Source of the DNA: Coniocarpon cinnabarinum
Taxonomy: Eukaryota
DNA: 56,356 nt
Direction of reading: 5' to 3'
NCBI GenBank assembly: GCA_051942205.1
Contig: JAVECO010000156.1
Coordinates: forward strand, 1 to 56,356
The notes under the pieces are model-generated. The model saw nothing but the letters and a program-made list of their open reading frames with translations. It was not told the DNA's origin and did no database searches. Positions 25,266 through 37,119 of the stretch are shown in pieces (position 1 is the first letter of the stretch; every line of letters starts with the position of its first letter). The position numbers were made by a program, and so were the translations under genes.

Positions 25266-27004
25266 TCAGCCTGAGCCTTTGCGTGCCTGAAACCAAGCTC
25301 GGAGCTCTTTGATCGCTGTCATGACCAGCGGGACGGCAACGGGGCCAAGGAGCGGTAAGTAGACAGCGACTTTGTGCTCATCCGGGAAATAGACTTGTCC
25401 TACCATGCTCTTGTGGAAGAAGGCTTTCTCAGCTTCTTCGTCGGCGACCTTGGCATTATCTAGTGCCGTTTGGTAATCTCCAGTATTCAGTGCAGCACAG
25501 GCTGCTTGAAGATGGGATGTGGTAAGATCGACAGAGGAGGCGACAGTATCAGGAATTGAGATCGAAGTCAGAGTCTGCGTGAGTCGTGCCAGAGAGCCAA
25601 GCGTTGCTGATGCTGAGGAGAGCAGTCGAACGGCGAGGATCCGTGTTTGGCTCTGAAGACGCATCTGGAACGGAAGGTTCGGTGACGGCAATCCTAGAAG
25701 ATCCAGTAAATGCTGTGAAAAGGTTAAGAACGGCTCTTGCAGTTCTTGTGCTGTCAGAGTGCTGGTCTTAGCAAGCTTTTCCAGATTCACTGGATTGTGG
25801 ATAGCAATTCCTCCCCACTGTAAGATCAGCCAGCTGGTGCTGTCTGTGTCTTCAATTTTCAGTGGGGCTTGAGAACTTGAGGGAACATATAACAGAAAAT
25901 TCATGGTCGGGCCAGCACCTATGCTGGGACTTAACGGCCACTCCGCAGCATTGATGAAACCTCCAAGGTCTGAAGATTTCAACTCCCACGCCTTCCTTGT
26001 TGAGTTGTACACAGGTTGGACAGACGATGAGAATTGAGCATAGGGCTGGATTTGTGTGTCGACAGTGAAATTGCACATGGGAGACAGAGCATTCAGTAAT
26101 GGTTTAATCGTGTCCGCTAAGGCCGTCTCAATCTCCCAGTCTGACGGTGTTGATTCCGGTGTGAACAATGAGAACGTAAGATGATATGTGGACGCATATT
26201 TCATGGAGCGCTGCTGTCGTCGTTCTATCTCGTCCTCTTTCTCTTTCAGTAGCAGGTAAGGCGCATCCTGTCCTTCACCTCTGCGCGAATCTTCTACGCG
26301 TGTAATCATAGCTATTTCTTCTTCGAAGACCGATTGCAGCTCTTCCGCAAGCAACGATGCTATGTGAGAGATTGCCTGATCATTGTCGCGCAAGAACGAC
26401 TTTGGCATCTTGGTCAGAAGTCGGGTCGACCGACCGCCATCGCTCAGGCCTAAGCTTGCACTTGGCTCTGCGAGCTTCCCATCTTCCACGAAACCAATAG
26501 ATATTGCTGGTTCAAGCTCGCCCTCTGTTCGGTCGTTGGGCAGAGATACGCTTATTTTGTGTGGGGCCATGTTGTGCCATTGGCTCAGCTCGACTTGTGT
26601 ACGGTCCTTCAAAGCTCGAATCACCGAGGCGTCTAAAGAAGTCGCTTGAAACCTAGCATTTAATGGTATTGTGTATTCGCAAGCCTAGATACATCAGTAA
26701 TAATCTTGTCTGCGCTCGGAAGCGCTCTTACTGATCCTGTTGCCCAAGCATCCATGGTGGAATACGGCAAATTGGCCCTATAAACCGTTGTGGTCTGCCA
26801 CCAGAACGGAACTCCGACGCAAAGCACGAGAAGCCAGAACGAGACAAGCACGCTTCGGCGCACGTTCACACTCTCCCGGCTTTCCGGCGGAGGCTTCTTC
26901 GTTGCTGTGACAGGCCGCACCAGCTTGGGCACCTCCTCGTTAGGTGGTGGGCCATGCTTTTCTGAGGAACCGGCCGTCGCCTGGCCATTTTCAGGCGCGG
27001 GCAT
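25266..27004 (-). CDS. gpi17: GPI transamidase component PIG-S/Gpi17 (1 intron, donor at 26731)
   Basis: GVPFWWQTTTVYRANLP, FINAAEWPLS, LILQWGGIAI, AEKAFFHKSMVGQVYFPDEHKVAVYLPLLGP. Confidence 0.95.
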
Positions 27005-27803
27005 GAGTGGAGTGGAGGTCAGCACATGTGAATGCGCTTCGAAGCAGCGAATTACAAAGTAGTTGCGTGCATAGAAGTCCCGGGAATCATTCAAGCTATT
27101 AAGCTGAGCTACGTCGCCGTCAAAGTAAGTGTGGCGGTGCGCTCCACGTCGTGGCAAATCGATTCATGATAGATCTTGGTGAGTCAAGATCACGTTCTTT
27201 CTTAGCGGTGCAGGTTGGAAGAGCCTGTGGCGGTGCTGGCCTGCTACATCATCCGTGTTCTATTCTCTTGCACTTTGTCTTTCCTTTCTACTCTGCAAGT
27301 TCACGGAAAGAGAAAAAGAGAAGTCTCCCAGTCCCAATCATCTCGTCTCAAAAGGGTCAAAGATGTCTGTCATTGAATCAGATGGATGAAGCGTCGTTCG
27401 GCGTGAGCTCCTCCGTCTCGTTTGGAGCACAACATCATTACGATCTAAACCATGATAGGGAGCTCAGTAATCTTTCCAGGAACGGACCCAGTCGTCATCC
27501 TATCTATCTACACCCAAGTGCACCTGCTATGTCAATGAGCCCGAGACGTTGCCTGCCTAAGATAGCTACCGAACCATCTCCTCATCCAATCCGATAAGCG
27601 GCTCTCGGTCGCCAGTCACAGCAGCTGCGTAGATCATTCGCGATGCCCGCGCTTTGCATTAGGATGTGTTCGGTAGTGGAGAATTGTTATATCAATGCAT
27701 TTCTTAACAAGCTCTCTTCCCTTCTTTTCGTGTTGTCGTCGGCACGCTAGCTCGCACTTCAAACATACCCTCACACTCAGCGGTTGGGCCGCCCGGAGTC
27801 AGT

Positions 27804-29586
27804 ATGCGCACCGTATTCGCTGCTGTCGCTTTGCTCCTTTCCAGTCTCTCCTTTTGTGCAGCTCAGCTTTGTAGTCCTTCCGCCACCTCATGCAATGGAA
27901 CTCGGTTCCCAGCTCTTATTGAAGTCACCCTTGATGACTTACAAAACGGACTGGACCAAAATCTCTTTACCAGTGTTGATTTAGTCAATGCATATGTTGA
28001 TCGCATTGATGAAGTCAATGGCACTCTATCTATGGTCACCGAAGTCAACCCAGATGCAATTTCGATCGCGCAGCAACTGGACCAAGAGAGGGCCGCAGGA
28101 CAGTCTCGCGGACCTTTGCATGGTATCCCCGTCCTGATCAAAAATAACATTGCAACAGATGATCAGATGAACAACACAGCTGGGTCATTTGCTTTACTCG
28201 GCGCGAAGGTTCCCAGAGACTCAACACTCGCTGCCAAACTCCGTCAGGCTGGGGCGATCATCCTAGGGAAAGCAGTAAGTTACAGCTCGCATCCACATCG
28301 GCTATAACTCTACGCAGAGATGCTGTGCTCACATCGAATTTTTAGAATCTGTCACAGTGGGCCAATTTTAGATCGAACGTTTCGGACAATGGATGGAGCG
28401 CCTATGGTGGTCAAACTGAGGGAGCTTACTACCCAAAGCAGGATCCCTCGGGTTCTTCATCTGGATCCGGGGTCTCATCATCCATCGGACTGGCATGGGC
28501 CGCCTTGGGCTCAGAGACTGATGGGTCCATCTTGTCGCCAAGTGAGGTGAACTCTTTGGCTGGCATCAAACCCAGCGTAGGCTTGACTTCACGATACCTA
28601 GTCATCCCAATTAGCGCCACTCAAGACACCGTTGGACCAATGGCAAGGAGTGTCAAGGATGCTGCGTATCTTCTACAGGCTATCGCAGGGCCAGATCCGA
28701 ACGACAACTATACCTCTGCTATCCCAAACGGAGAGGTTCCAGACTATGTTGCGGCTTGCAAGAGCGATGCGCTGGCTGGTGCCAAGTTCGGTGTTCCTCG
28801 GAATGTAATTGAGGCTTTCTCGTCAGACGACAGTGGACCAGTTCTTGCAGCCTTCGAGAACTTCCTGACTACGATACAAAATGCCGGAGCCACAGTCGTG
28901 GACAGCAACTTCACCCTTCTGGATGAGTACTTTCAGTCGAACAATGAAACCATTGTGCTCGATACAGAGTTCATCAGCGGCTTAGCAAGCTACCTGTCCG
29001 AGCTGACGGTTAATCCTTTGGGTCTGACGGATCTTGAAGGCGTCCGAAACTTTACGCAGAACTTCCCCGCTGAACAGTATCCATTCCGAGACACGGGCGT
29101 CTGGGACTCGTCGCTGGCACTGGGTTACAATGCGAGCGATATTCGTCACTACGAGGCGGTACAGGCAGATCAATATCTGAGCGAAGGCTTGCTGCTCGGC
29201 GCATTGAGAAACATGTCCTTGGATGCGGTCCTTCTTCCGACGCAGTTTTCACCGTCGTTTGCGGCACTCGCCCAGAGTCCTGTGGTCACCATTCCGATGG
29301 GATACTATCCGGCGAACACAACAGTGCAAATGAATCAACGTGGCGATCTGGTGGCCACGAGCCCCAACTACCCGTTCGGCTTCAGCTTCATGGGTGAGTC
29401 ATAGCACGATACTGACCAACGCAGACTAGACACGAGGCTGATATGACTGTGCAAATAGGCGACCGATTCACGGAAGCAAGCCTGGTTGGATATGCATATG
29501 CACTGGAGCAGCTAACACAGGTTAGGAACACGGTGCAGCCGTATCTGGTACCCAACACCGAGCTGTATCAGACTGCAGATGAGTAA
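27804..29586 (+). CDS. Secreted amidase-signature family protein, 3 exons
   Basis: Signal peptide; RGPLHGIPVLIKNNI, LGKA|NLSQWANFR, DPSGSSSGSG, LGSETDGSILSP, QDTVGPMARSV. Confidence 0.92.
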
Positions 29587-29996
29587 TGTGACTGCGACTT
29601 GACCCCTTGTCTCCAAGTGTTTAGTTTTATTCCATTCCAAGCGATATGCCGTGTGCAGAGTCTGATCACTCGCAAGCATGTGTAATGAGTGAAGAGGAAG
29701 GTGATGCAAGCTACAACAGTCTTAATGGAGGGGAAAGATAAGTGAGGAGGACCAAAGCCTTAGAAGTGGTATGGGCCTCGGCTCGGCGCCTCGGCGACCA
29801 AAAAGCCACTTAACAACCGAATATGCACCTTGCAAGCGAGCACTAGACTTGGCAGCCTGCAGATAATTCTGTTGCATTTGGATCATTTTTACCTGCTCCG
29901 GTTTTGTACTCTTCCAAATAATTCCTCATAGATATGGTAATCAGAGCGAAGTGCCACGAAGCAGCAGTAACCATGAGCAAACGTTAGAATCAAACC

Positions 29997-32042
29997 ATGG
30001 CTGGTACGAGTTCCTGCTAAACCCTTTCCGGCCTACGACGGTCCGGTCCGCTTCATCTCGTTGAAGCTCCATTTCCACAATTCCACAAGTAGGTCGATGC
30101 TAATCCCCTCCAATAGAATACCTCCTCCCCACCGCCGTCGCCACCGCCACCGGCCTCTACTTCAACGCCCGCTGGCAACTCTCCCACGACCTCAACTTCC
30201 TCCGTGAATTCATTCGTATTCAGCGCTACGAACGCCGCATCACCACCGCCGGACGCATCAATACCTTTTACCTCTTCGAAGAGCGCCTCCTCGCGGACCT
30301 CGACCATGACTTTCTGATTTATGAACGGCAGAAATGGAGCTACAAGCAGGCGTACGATACTATTCTCAAACACGCAAGATGGCTTCAAGAGCGCGGGGTA
30401 AGGTCCGGCCAGATTGTAGCGTTGAATTTCACAAATAAACCTGAGTTTATTTGGTTATGGCTGGCGATGTGGAGTTTGAATGTCAAGCCTGCTTTTATCA
30501 ATTGTAACCTTACTGGGGGGCCGCTTGTGCATTCTGTGAAGACGAGCACTGCGCAGCTTATGCTGCTTGATGAGGAGATTCAAGACCTAGCGACTGATGA
30601 AGTGCGCAAGGAGCTTGCAGACGTCGACATCGAGGTCTTTACGTCCGAGGCGGAGCGAGGGATACTCGAACTGGAGCCATATCGCGCTGATGACTCGGTC
30701 CGTGCTGGCGCAGCCGCTGTCGATATGGCTATGATCATATATACATCGGGCACCACCGGTCTACCCAAGCCTGCACACGTCTCCTGGCGAAGAGTCGGTG
30801 TCGCTGCTGTCTTCTCCGCCAACTTCCTCGGCATGAAACGTACGTTCCCGAATCCCCTCACCATCCTATAAACACTAATTCGAGCCACGGACAGCATCCG
30901 ACGTCCTTCACACCCCCATGCCCCTCTACCACTCCGCCGCCTCAATATTAGGTCTCAGCACCACCCTCGCCGCCGGCGCAACACTAAGCCTCTCCCACCG
31001 CTTCTCTCCTCGCACATTCTGGCAAGAAGTCACAGCCCATAACGCCACAATCATCCAATACGTCGGCGAAACCCTGCGCTACCTCCTCGCCGTCCCATCG
31101 TCGCCCCTCGAGAAACAGCACCGCGTCCGCATAGCTTTCGGCAACGGTCTCAGACCTGACGTCTGGAACAAAGCAAAGGATCGATTCAACATCCCCACCA
31201 TCGCAGAGTTCTACGCAGCCACCGAGGGCATCGGCGGGAGTTGGAATATTTCTCGCGGTGACTTCACGGCTGGTGCCATTGGGCGAGTTGGATCACTTCT
31301 GCGAGTGCTCTTCCGTGGGAACACGGAGATGATTGAGCTCGATATTGCGACTGAAGAGCCCGTCCGCGATCCCGCCACCGGTCTGTGCAAAATCGCGCCA
31401 ACAGGCACGCCCGGCGAAATGGTCGCGAAGCTCGATGAGCAGAACCTGAAAGAGAGCTTTCTGGGCTATTTCCAGAACGAAGCCGCGACCAATAAGAAGA
31501 TACTCAGAAATGTGCGGAAAAAGGGTGATGCGTATTTTCGCTCCGGTGATTTACTGCGAGCTAATGATGACGGGTTACGCTATTTCGTCGATCGAATCGG
31601 TGATACATTCCGGTGGAAGAGCGAAAACGTGGCAACGTCTGAAGTGGCAGAGGTGCTGGGAATGCATCCCCATATCGTAGAAGCAAACGTGTACGGTGTA
31701 TCGATCCCGAACCACGACGGGCGTGCAGGCTGCGCGGCACTCGTCCTAGACGGCCAAGCAAACCGGGAGCCAGATGCTCAATTACTCACAGGACTCGCGA
31801 CCCACGTCCAGCGGAATCTAGCAAGCTACGCAAGACCTCTGTTCCTCCGATTCGTGGAAGCATTGGAGCAGACGGGGACGGGGAAGACGATGAAACATGC
31901 GTTGCGAGAAGAAGGCGTGGAGCCTGCTCGACTCGAGCAGAGTGGGAAACGGGACCGGTTGTACTGGTTGAGAGGGGAAACATACGTCCCCTTTCGGCAG
32001 AAGGACTGGGAGGAGATTAAAGGTGGGCGGGTGAGGTTGTGA
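29997..32042 (+). CDS. fat1: Fatty-acid transport protein / very-long-chain acyl-CoA synthetase (FATP), 3 exons
   Basis: IYTSGTTGLPK AMP motif, MPLYHS, QYVGETLRYL, EFYAATEG, FRSGDLL..YFVDRIGDTFRWKSENVATSEV FATP signature. First coding exon is 7 nt (ATGGCTG). Confidence 0.92.
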
Positions 32043-32557
32043 GGTGCTTGCGATTGGAGATCTAATAACACTTTGCTATAATGCGTATCATGAGAATGAC
32101 GAGGGTGGTATCGTGAGGCTTGTTCACTCAGAAAAAACGCACCAATATGACAGCGGAATGCCTTGGTCTGCGTCACTGCAAAGATCTTTTAAATTTTGAT
32201 TGGGCCTTGTGAAATGATGGAAGAGGTCTATTCGATCCGTGTGCAAGCTACTGCTTCGCCTAGCTAACAGGTCCGTGGTGACAGCAGAGTTCCATCTCAA
32301 TTTGCGGAGTGAGTTCACGTCTTCGAAGCCTCGACAGATATGCACAATAGAGCTGGGGAGTCACACCCGCTCAGTGGACGTAAGCCACGTGATTAGTACC
32401 ATGCTAATCTAGATATCGGCAGGGTGTCCACAAAACGACTTACAGCTACAATAGGTAGAGCAAGACATCGCGGCACAAGTAAATCAACGGGTCATGCATT
32501 GCGAATAACTCATAATATCTCATGTACACTAGCAAACAGTTCTCACAAAGCCCGCCA

Positions 32558-35500
32558 TCAAGACCGCTTCGCACACCAGCCTCTCAAGACCTCAGCAGCA
32601 CCAGCCCATTGCCCAGCCCGGCCATCCACATCCCTGAAACCCTTCCCAACCCTCCTCTGCATCAACGTGTCCATCTCCGCCTTGTCATACTCCCTTCCGT
32701 ACGCCACCCGCGTGGCAACGCCCACACCCGCATCGACCATGTCTCCAGACGCCGCGGCAACAATTGCAAACGTGACTTTGATTTTGCTTTCGGAAGCCGG
32801 TAGCAGCATGGTGGTATCCAGAATCAGCTTCTCGTCGCCGGCGATCTGTTCGATCGTGATACCACAGCGCCGTTTGAGATGCTTGAGTTCGTTCTCGATG
32901 AGTTGAGCCAGTTCCCATCCAGAAGCTACGACGCGTAGTAGTGAGGACGCTTGTGTCTCGCTTGGCGTCAGCGAATGCAAATGTGCTCGCACCAGCTGTA
33001 AAAAGAATCGCTGTGTCGTTGACGGCTCGCTTGATGTTGCGCTGCCATTTTTGGCTGTGGGCGCGAAGTTCAGACTGAGAGCTGGTGAGAGGTGAGACTT
33101 TCGACGCGCATTTGCGACTGGTAAGTATGCTGCACTGTCGAAACTGAGATGAAGCTGTTTCTCGAACTCCACGGTTAGCTGCGTGCCCTGCGCAGCAACA
33201 AAACGCCAGCCCGTGCTGTTGGCAAGCTCGTCGACTCGAGCTTGCAATTCTCTGATTTCTGCACGCGAACAGCCGCTTGGCTCCTCAAGTTGCTTTTGCG
33301 CGGCTTCGGTTGCAGCATATGCTGCATCTCTTGCATCTCTTGCTGCGATTATATCTTCATCGAGCTTGTGTGTCAACTCGAGCTGATCCTCTAGGATATG
33401 TGACAGCTTGTCGCGAAATGCATCCAACGTTTCGCCAACCTCTTGATCTTCCTGAGTTTGCCGATCATTGCCATCAAAGCTTTCAGAGTCTTTGATCGCA
33501 GCGTCTGAGCTGACTGTCTCGTGAGTCGGAGATAAGCCCTTGTTTTGGATGGAGCCCACCGCTTCAGTCATTTCCATGTCTGCATCTTCGACATCATCGT
33601 CCGCAGCCTCTGCTTCTGGCGTGGCAGGTGACTTGACATCTATAGGAAGCGGAGCGTCTTCGGCCTTGGTATTCCCTACTGGCGACTCTTGGGGTTGGAT
33701 CTCCTTGTTCAAGCTATGTGGCGAACCAAGACCGTAGCTTGACGAGTTCTGTTGATCTTTCTTCCTCGCTGGTGATTTCTGCACAACTGTCCTCCCAGGC
33801 GAAGTAGGAAATCGCCGATTTGAAGAATTGAGCGCACTGATGGATTGCCGCAGACTTTTTCTCTTAACAGGCGAACTACCCTTCTTAAAGCCTCCAAAAA
33901 CCGATGTAAATTCCATTGATAGGTCCTCATTCTCATCAACCTTTGTTGGGTCCAGATCAGCCAAGTCAGACGGCTGCTTGTCAGATTTAGCATCTGTGGC
34001 AAAGCTACTTTTGTCTTGATCAGAACTTGGATAGTCATGCGCTTGTTCTTGCGGGAACGCGACACTTTTTCTGCGCTTCGGATATCGTTCAGCTGGCGCT
34101 TCAACGACCTCTGGCGGCGCGGATCGTTTGATACTGCCCATCGCCTGGGTCATGTCCATGCTCATGTCTTCACCTTCCACATCAGAATCTGCTGTAGCTT
34201 CTGCCAGCTCATCCGGTGGAGCCACAAGATCTTGCCTCCGTCTTGGGTAGCGTTCATCTGACGCGTTTTTAGTTGGTTGTGTGCGCTGCAAAATACTGCC
34301 CATGGCTTGGGTCATGTCCATGCTCATATCTTCATCGCTATCTTGAGGCGCTGGGACGGTGACGTCTAGCTGCGTCTGTGGAAACGCAACGCTTTTTCTG
34401 CGTTTGGGGTAACGTTCTGTTGACAAATCAGCAGCTCTTGGGGCAGACTGCATGATGCTGCCCATCGCTTGTGTCATATCCATGCTCATGTCTTCTCCAC
34501 TATCATGAGAAGGCGTCGGGCTCCCTCGATCCGCTGCTTCGCTCCGCGAAAGGATGTTCACATTCTCTTGATCTTTTTTGTTGCGAACTTTGCCTGGATG
34601 TGGGCTCCCAGCACCCATGCTTCGTTTGACCCATGGCTTAAAAGCAGCGGTGACTTCGTCTCCAGCGATTTGCATGGACACTTCGCCACTGTCGTCGATG
34701 TTCGGAGTCCTAGTTCCGGCACGCCTAGCAGCTTCTTCCAAAGAAGCATCCAGATCTTCGTCATCCTGTGTAGGTTCCGCGATAGATTCGAGTGTCCCTT
34801 CGTTCAAGTCAAAGTCTGCATGTTTGCGAGGACTTGGCGATCCGTTGTCAGGCTCAACATCTCGAGCTGCGTTATTCCCTTCCCCAACCGCAGGACTGCT
34901 GCTGAACGGACTCTGAGGTATCAGGTCAGGCTCATCGAACTTCATAGGAGATATGCCAGAGCTACGTCGTCTGCGCTTCTTATGGGCATCACGTTGGTGC
35001 TCAGGTGACTTTGTGGGTGTCTCTTCCTCAGTCTGGTTTGGAGGTGTGCCCGGCCGCTCCACGTGAGGAGACGACGACGCCGCTTCAGTCGGGTCTGTAG
35101 AGCCAGAAGAGGCTGTCATGTCCTGAAAAACTTGTGTGTCCCACGTGTGTAATGTAGCTTCGGGAGCAAAGGAAACTCGACGGCCCGCCATGCTCTTCCT
35201 CCGAGCCTCGCGATGCTTCTGGGCTTCTGCTTTTCTTCTGCGTCTCTCAATTGTCTCGGCATCCTGATCTGCTTCATCGTTGCCCTTGTTATGCTGAGAT
35301 TCTTGAAAATCTCTTACTGAGCTGTCTTGCGGTGTTCGTCCCGGCGTTTCAGGAACCTTTTCATTCTGGTCATGATCCGCAGGTCTAACAGGAGAAGCGT
35401 GGGGCCCCTTTGCAGTGGGATCATCTTGCTTCGAGTTCCTTGTTGGAATCGCGCGAATAGGAGACAATGGGATCGATGGTTTCAAAATCGATTTAGGCTG

Positions 35501-35740
35501 AAAGGTGCTGGCGGTAGATCGTCTGCGATTGCCAGAAGTTTCCTTGAGCGCGTCCAACCCTCCAGGTCCCATTGACTTGGATCTTGACTTTTTCGACATT
35601 GTGTTGCTTTTGATAGAGCCAATGACCTCAACAGTGGCGTTCTCTTGGTCAAGGTCGGACGAAGGTATTGACGCGATGGACTTCCTCACACGAGGCCGTG
35701 GTTGCACAGGCGGCAGTCCGCGAGACCGCGGCGACGACAT
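32558..35740 (-). CDS. spc105: Kinetochore scaffold Spc105/Spc7/KNL1
   Basis: KSILK and RRVSF PP1-docking motifs, RVSFAPEATLHTW, MELT-like repeats (MDMT x3, MEFT, MEMT), coiled coil, and RWD-like C-terminus starting TGWRFV. Confidence 0.92.
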   Translation of the reverse strand: MSSPRSRGLPPVQPRPRVRKSIASIPSSDLDQENATVEVIGSIKSNTMSKKSRSKSMGPGGLDALKETSGNRRRSTASTFQPKSILKPSIPLSPIRAIPTRNSKQDDPTAKGPHASPVRPADHDQNEKVPETPGRTPQDSSVRDFQESQHNKGNDEADQDAETIERRRRKAEAQKHREARRKSMAGRRVSFAPEATLHTWDTQVFQDMTASSGSTDPTEAASSSPHVERPGTPPNQTEEETPTKSPEHQRDAHKKRRRRSSGISPMKFDEPDLIPQSPFSSSPAVGEGNNAARDVEPDNGSPSPRKHADFDLNEGTLESIAEPTQDDEDLDASLEEAARRAGTRTPNIDDSGEVSMQIAGDEVTAAFKPWVKRSMGAGSPHPGKVRNKKDQENVNILSRSEAADRGSPTPSHDSGEDMSMDMTQAMGSIMQSAPRAADLSTERYPKRRKSVAFPQTQLDVTVPAPQDSDEDMSMDMTQAMGSILQRTQPTKNASDERYPRRRQDLVAPPDELAEATADSDVEGEDMSMDMTQAMGSIKRSAPPEVVEAPAERYPKRRKSVAFPQEQAHDYPSSDQDKSSFATDAKSDKQPSDLADLDPTKVDENEDLSMEFTSVFGGFKKGSSPVKRKSLRQSISALNSSNRRFPTSPGRTVVQKSPARKKDQQNSSSYGLGSPHSLNKEIQPQESPVGNTKAEDAPLPIDVKSPATPEAEAADDDVEDADMEMTEAVGSIQNKGLSPTHETVSSDAAIKDSESFDGNDRQTQEDQEVGETLDAFRDKLSHILEDQLELTHKLDEDIIAARDARDAAYAATEAAQKQLEEPSGCSRAEIRELQARVDELANSTGWRFVAAQGTQLTVEFEKQLHLSFDSAAYLPVANARRKSHLSPALSLNFAPTAKNGSATSSEPSTTQRFFLQLVRAHLHSLTPSETQASSLLRVVASGWELAQLIENELKHLKRRCGITIEQIAGDEKLILDTTMLLPASESKIKVTFAIVAAASGDMVDAGVGVATRVAYGREYDKAEMDTLMQRRVGKGFRDVDGRAGQWAGAAEVLRGWCAKRS

Positions 35741-36019
35741 ATTGTATGGATCGTGCGTCGACAAGATTTACGGTCTGACTATGCGGACAACTATCCTAAC
35801 GAAACGCTTGAATTGGATGTGGATGACTGAGAAGTGACGCAGACGCGTTTGTTTACTTCAAAATATACGCTAGCGCCTTCCAATGATGCACTGATATCCT
35901 TATACCAAATTTACATGCGGCACCATTCCGCGCCCACTTCACCCAGAAGAATATCATTCACAGAGTCGACGACGTCGCGCGCATCCCACACAACTCGACC
36001 TTCATACATTTTTGCGGCC

Positions 36020-36819
36020 ATGGCGACTGGTGGGTCATATCAAAGTTGATGCGAGTGTCGAGCATATTCATCTAACAATGCTGAACAGAACTTACGGTCC
36101 AGTCGGAGCGCGCCTTCCAGAAGCAACCGCACATCTTCACAGCGCACAAGAAGGGCAGCAAGGCCGCAAAGAACAGAAAAGTCGGCAAGGGTGGTCGAAG
36201 ATTTTACAAGGATGTTGGTGTGTATATTGTTGCAAGTGTCCGTGGTAGAATGCCAGACTGAAAGATGTTTAGGACTTGGCTTCAAGACTCCAAAGACCGC
36301 CATTGAGGGCCAATACATCGACAAGAAGTGCCCTTTCACAGGACTAGTCTCGTATGTGCTTCCCTGGAAGGGAATATCTTGAGCCGACAGCACAAGACTC
36401 AAACCGACACTTGTCGCGAAGCGCTGGAACAGGAGATGACGAACGCCCGTACTGACAAATTCGCAGCATCCGCGGCCGTATCCTGACAGGCACTGTCGTC
36501 TCTACCAAAATGCATCGTACCCTTGTCGTCCGTCGAGAATATCTGCACTACGTTCCCAAGTACAACCGGTACGAAAAGCGACACACAAACCTTGCAGCAC
36601 ACGTCAGTCCAGCCTTCCGTGTGGAAGATGGAGATCAGGTTACGGTTGGACAATGCAGACCACTCTCAAAGACCGTGAGTACACACAAGTGAACCTGTCA
36701 GCGGTGAACAGATTGGAGAGAGAAATGCAGTCTAACAGGGACTTCGTTAGGTCCGATTTAACGTTCTTCGAGTGCTACCAAGAACAGGCAAGGCAGTGAA
36801 GAAGTTCCAGAAGTTTTAG
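36020..36819 (+). CDS. rps11: 40S ribosomal protein S11 (uS17), 5 exons
   Basis: [71 protein letters not shown]. Confidence 0.98.
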
Positions 36820-37119
36820 ATGAAGGACAATTGATTGAAACTGCGTTGTGAGCTTAAGTCTTAGATGAAACGGGTTTCAAATCTCAAAAGAGCTTCGGAT
36901 ACCTCAAACCAGATTTGCCACCGACATGACGTTGTGTAGCTGCTCGAGCATAGACAGATAGCATGCTCATGATTGCCATCGTGCAGCTTCGTGATATGAT
37001 ATCCTGCGCTTTCGAACCTTGGTTCATGTGTCTCATTCATCGCACACTGTCCTTCACATCTCGCGTTAATATGTGCAGAATACATAGTGTCCTCCATACT
37101 TCAGGCACGTTTGCATCAT

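Noticed and set aside
8998..32042. Secondary-metabolite cluster (SDR, two amidases, acyl-CoA ligase)
   Set aside because: No PKS, NRPS or terpene synthase backbone, and the genes are interspersed with housekeeping loci.
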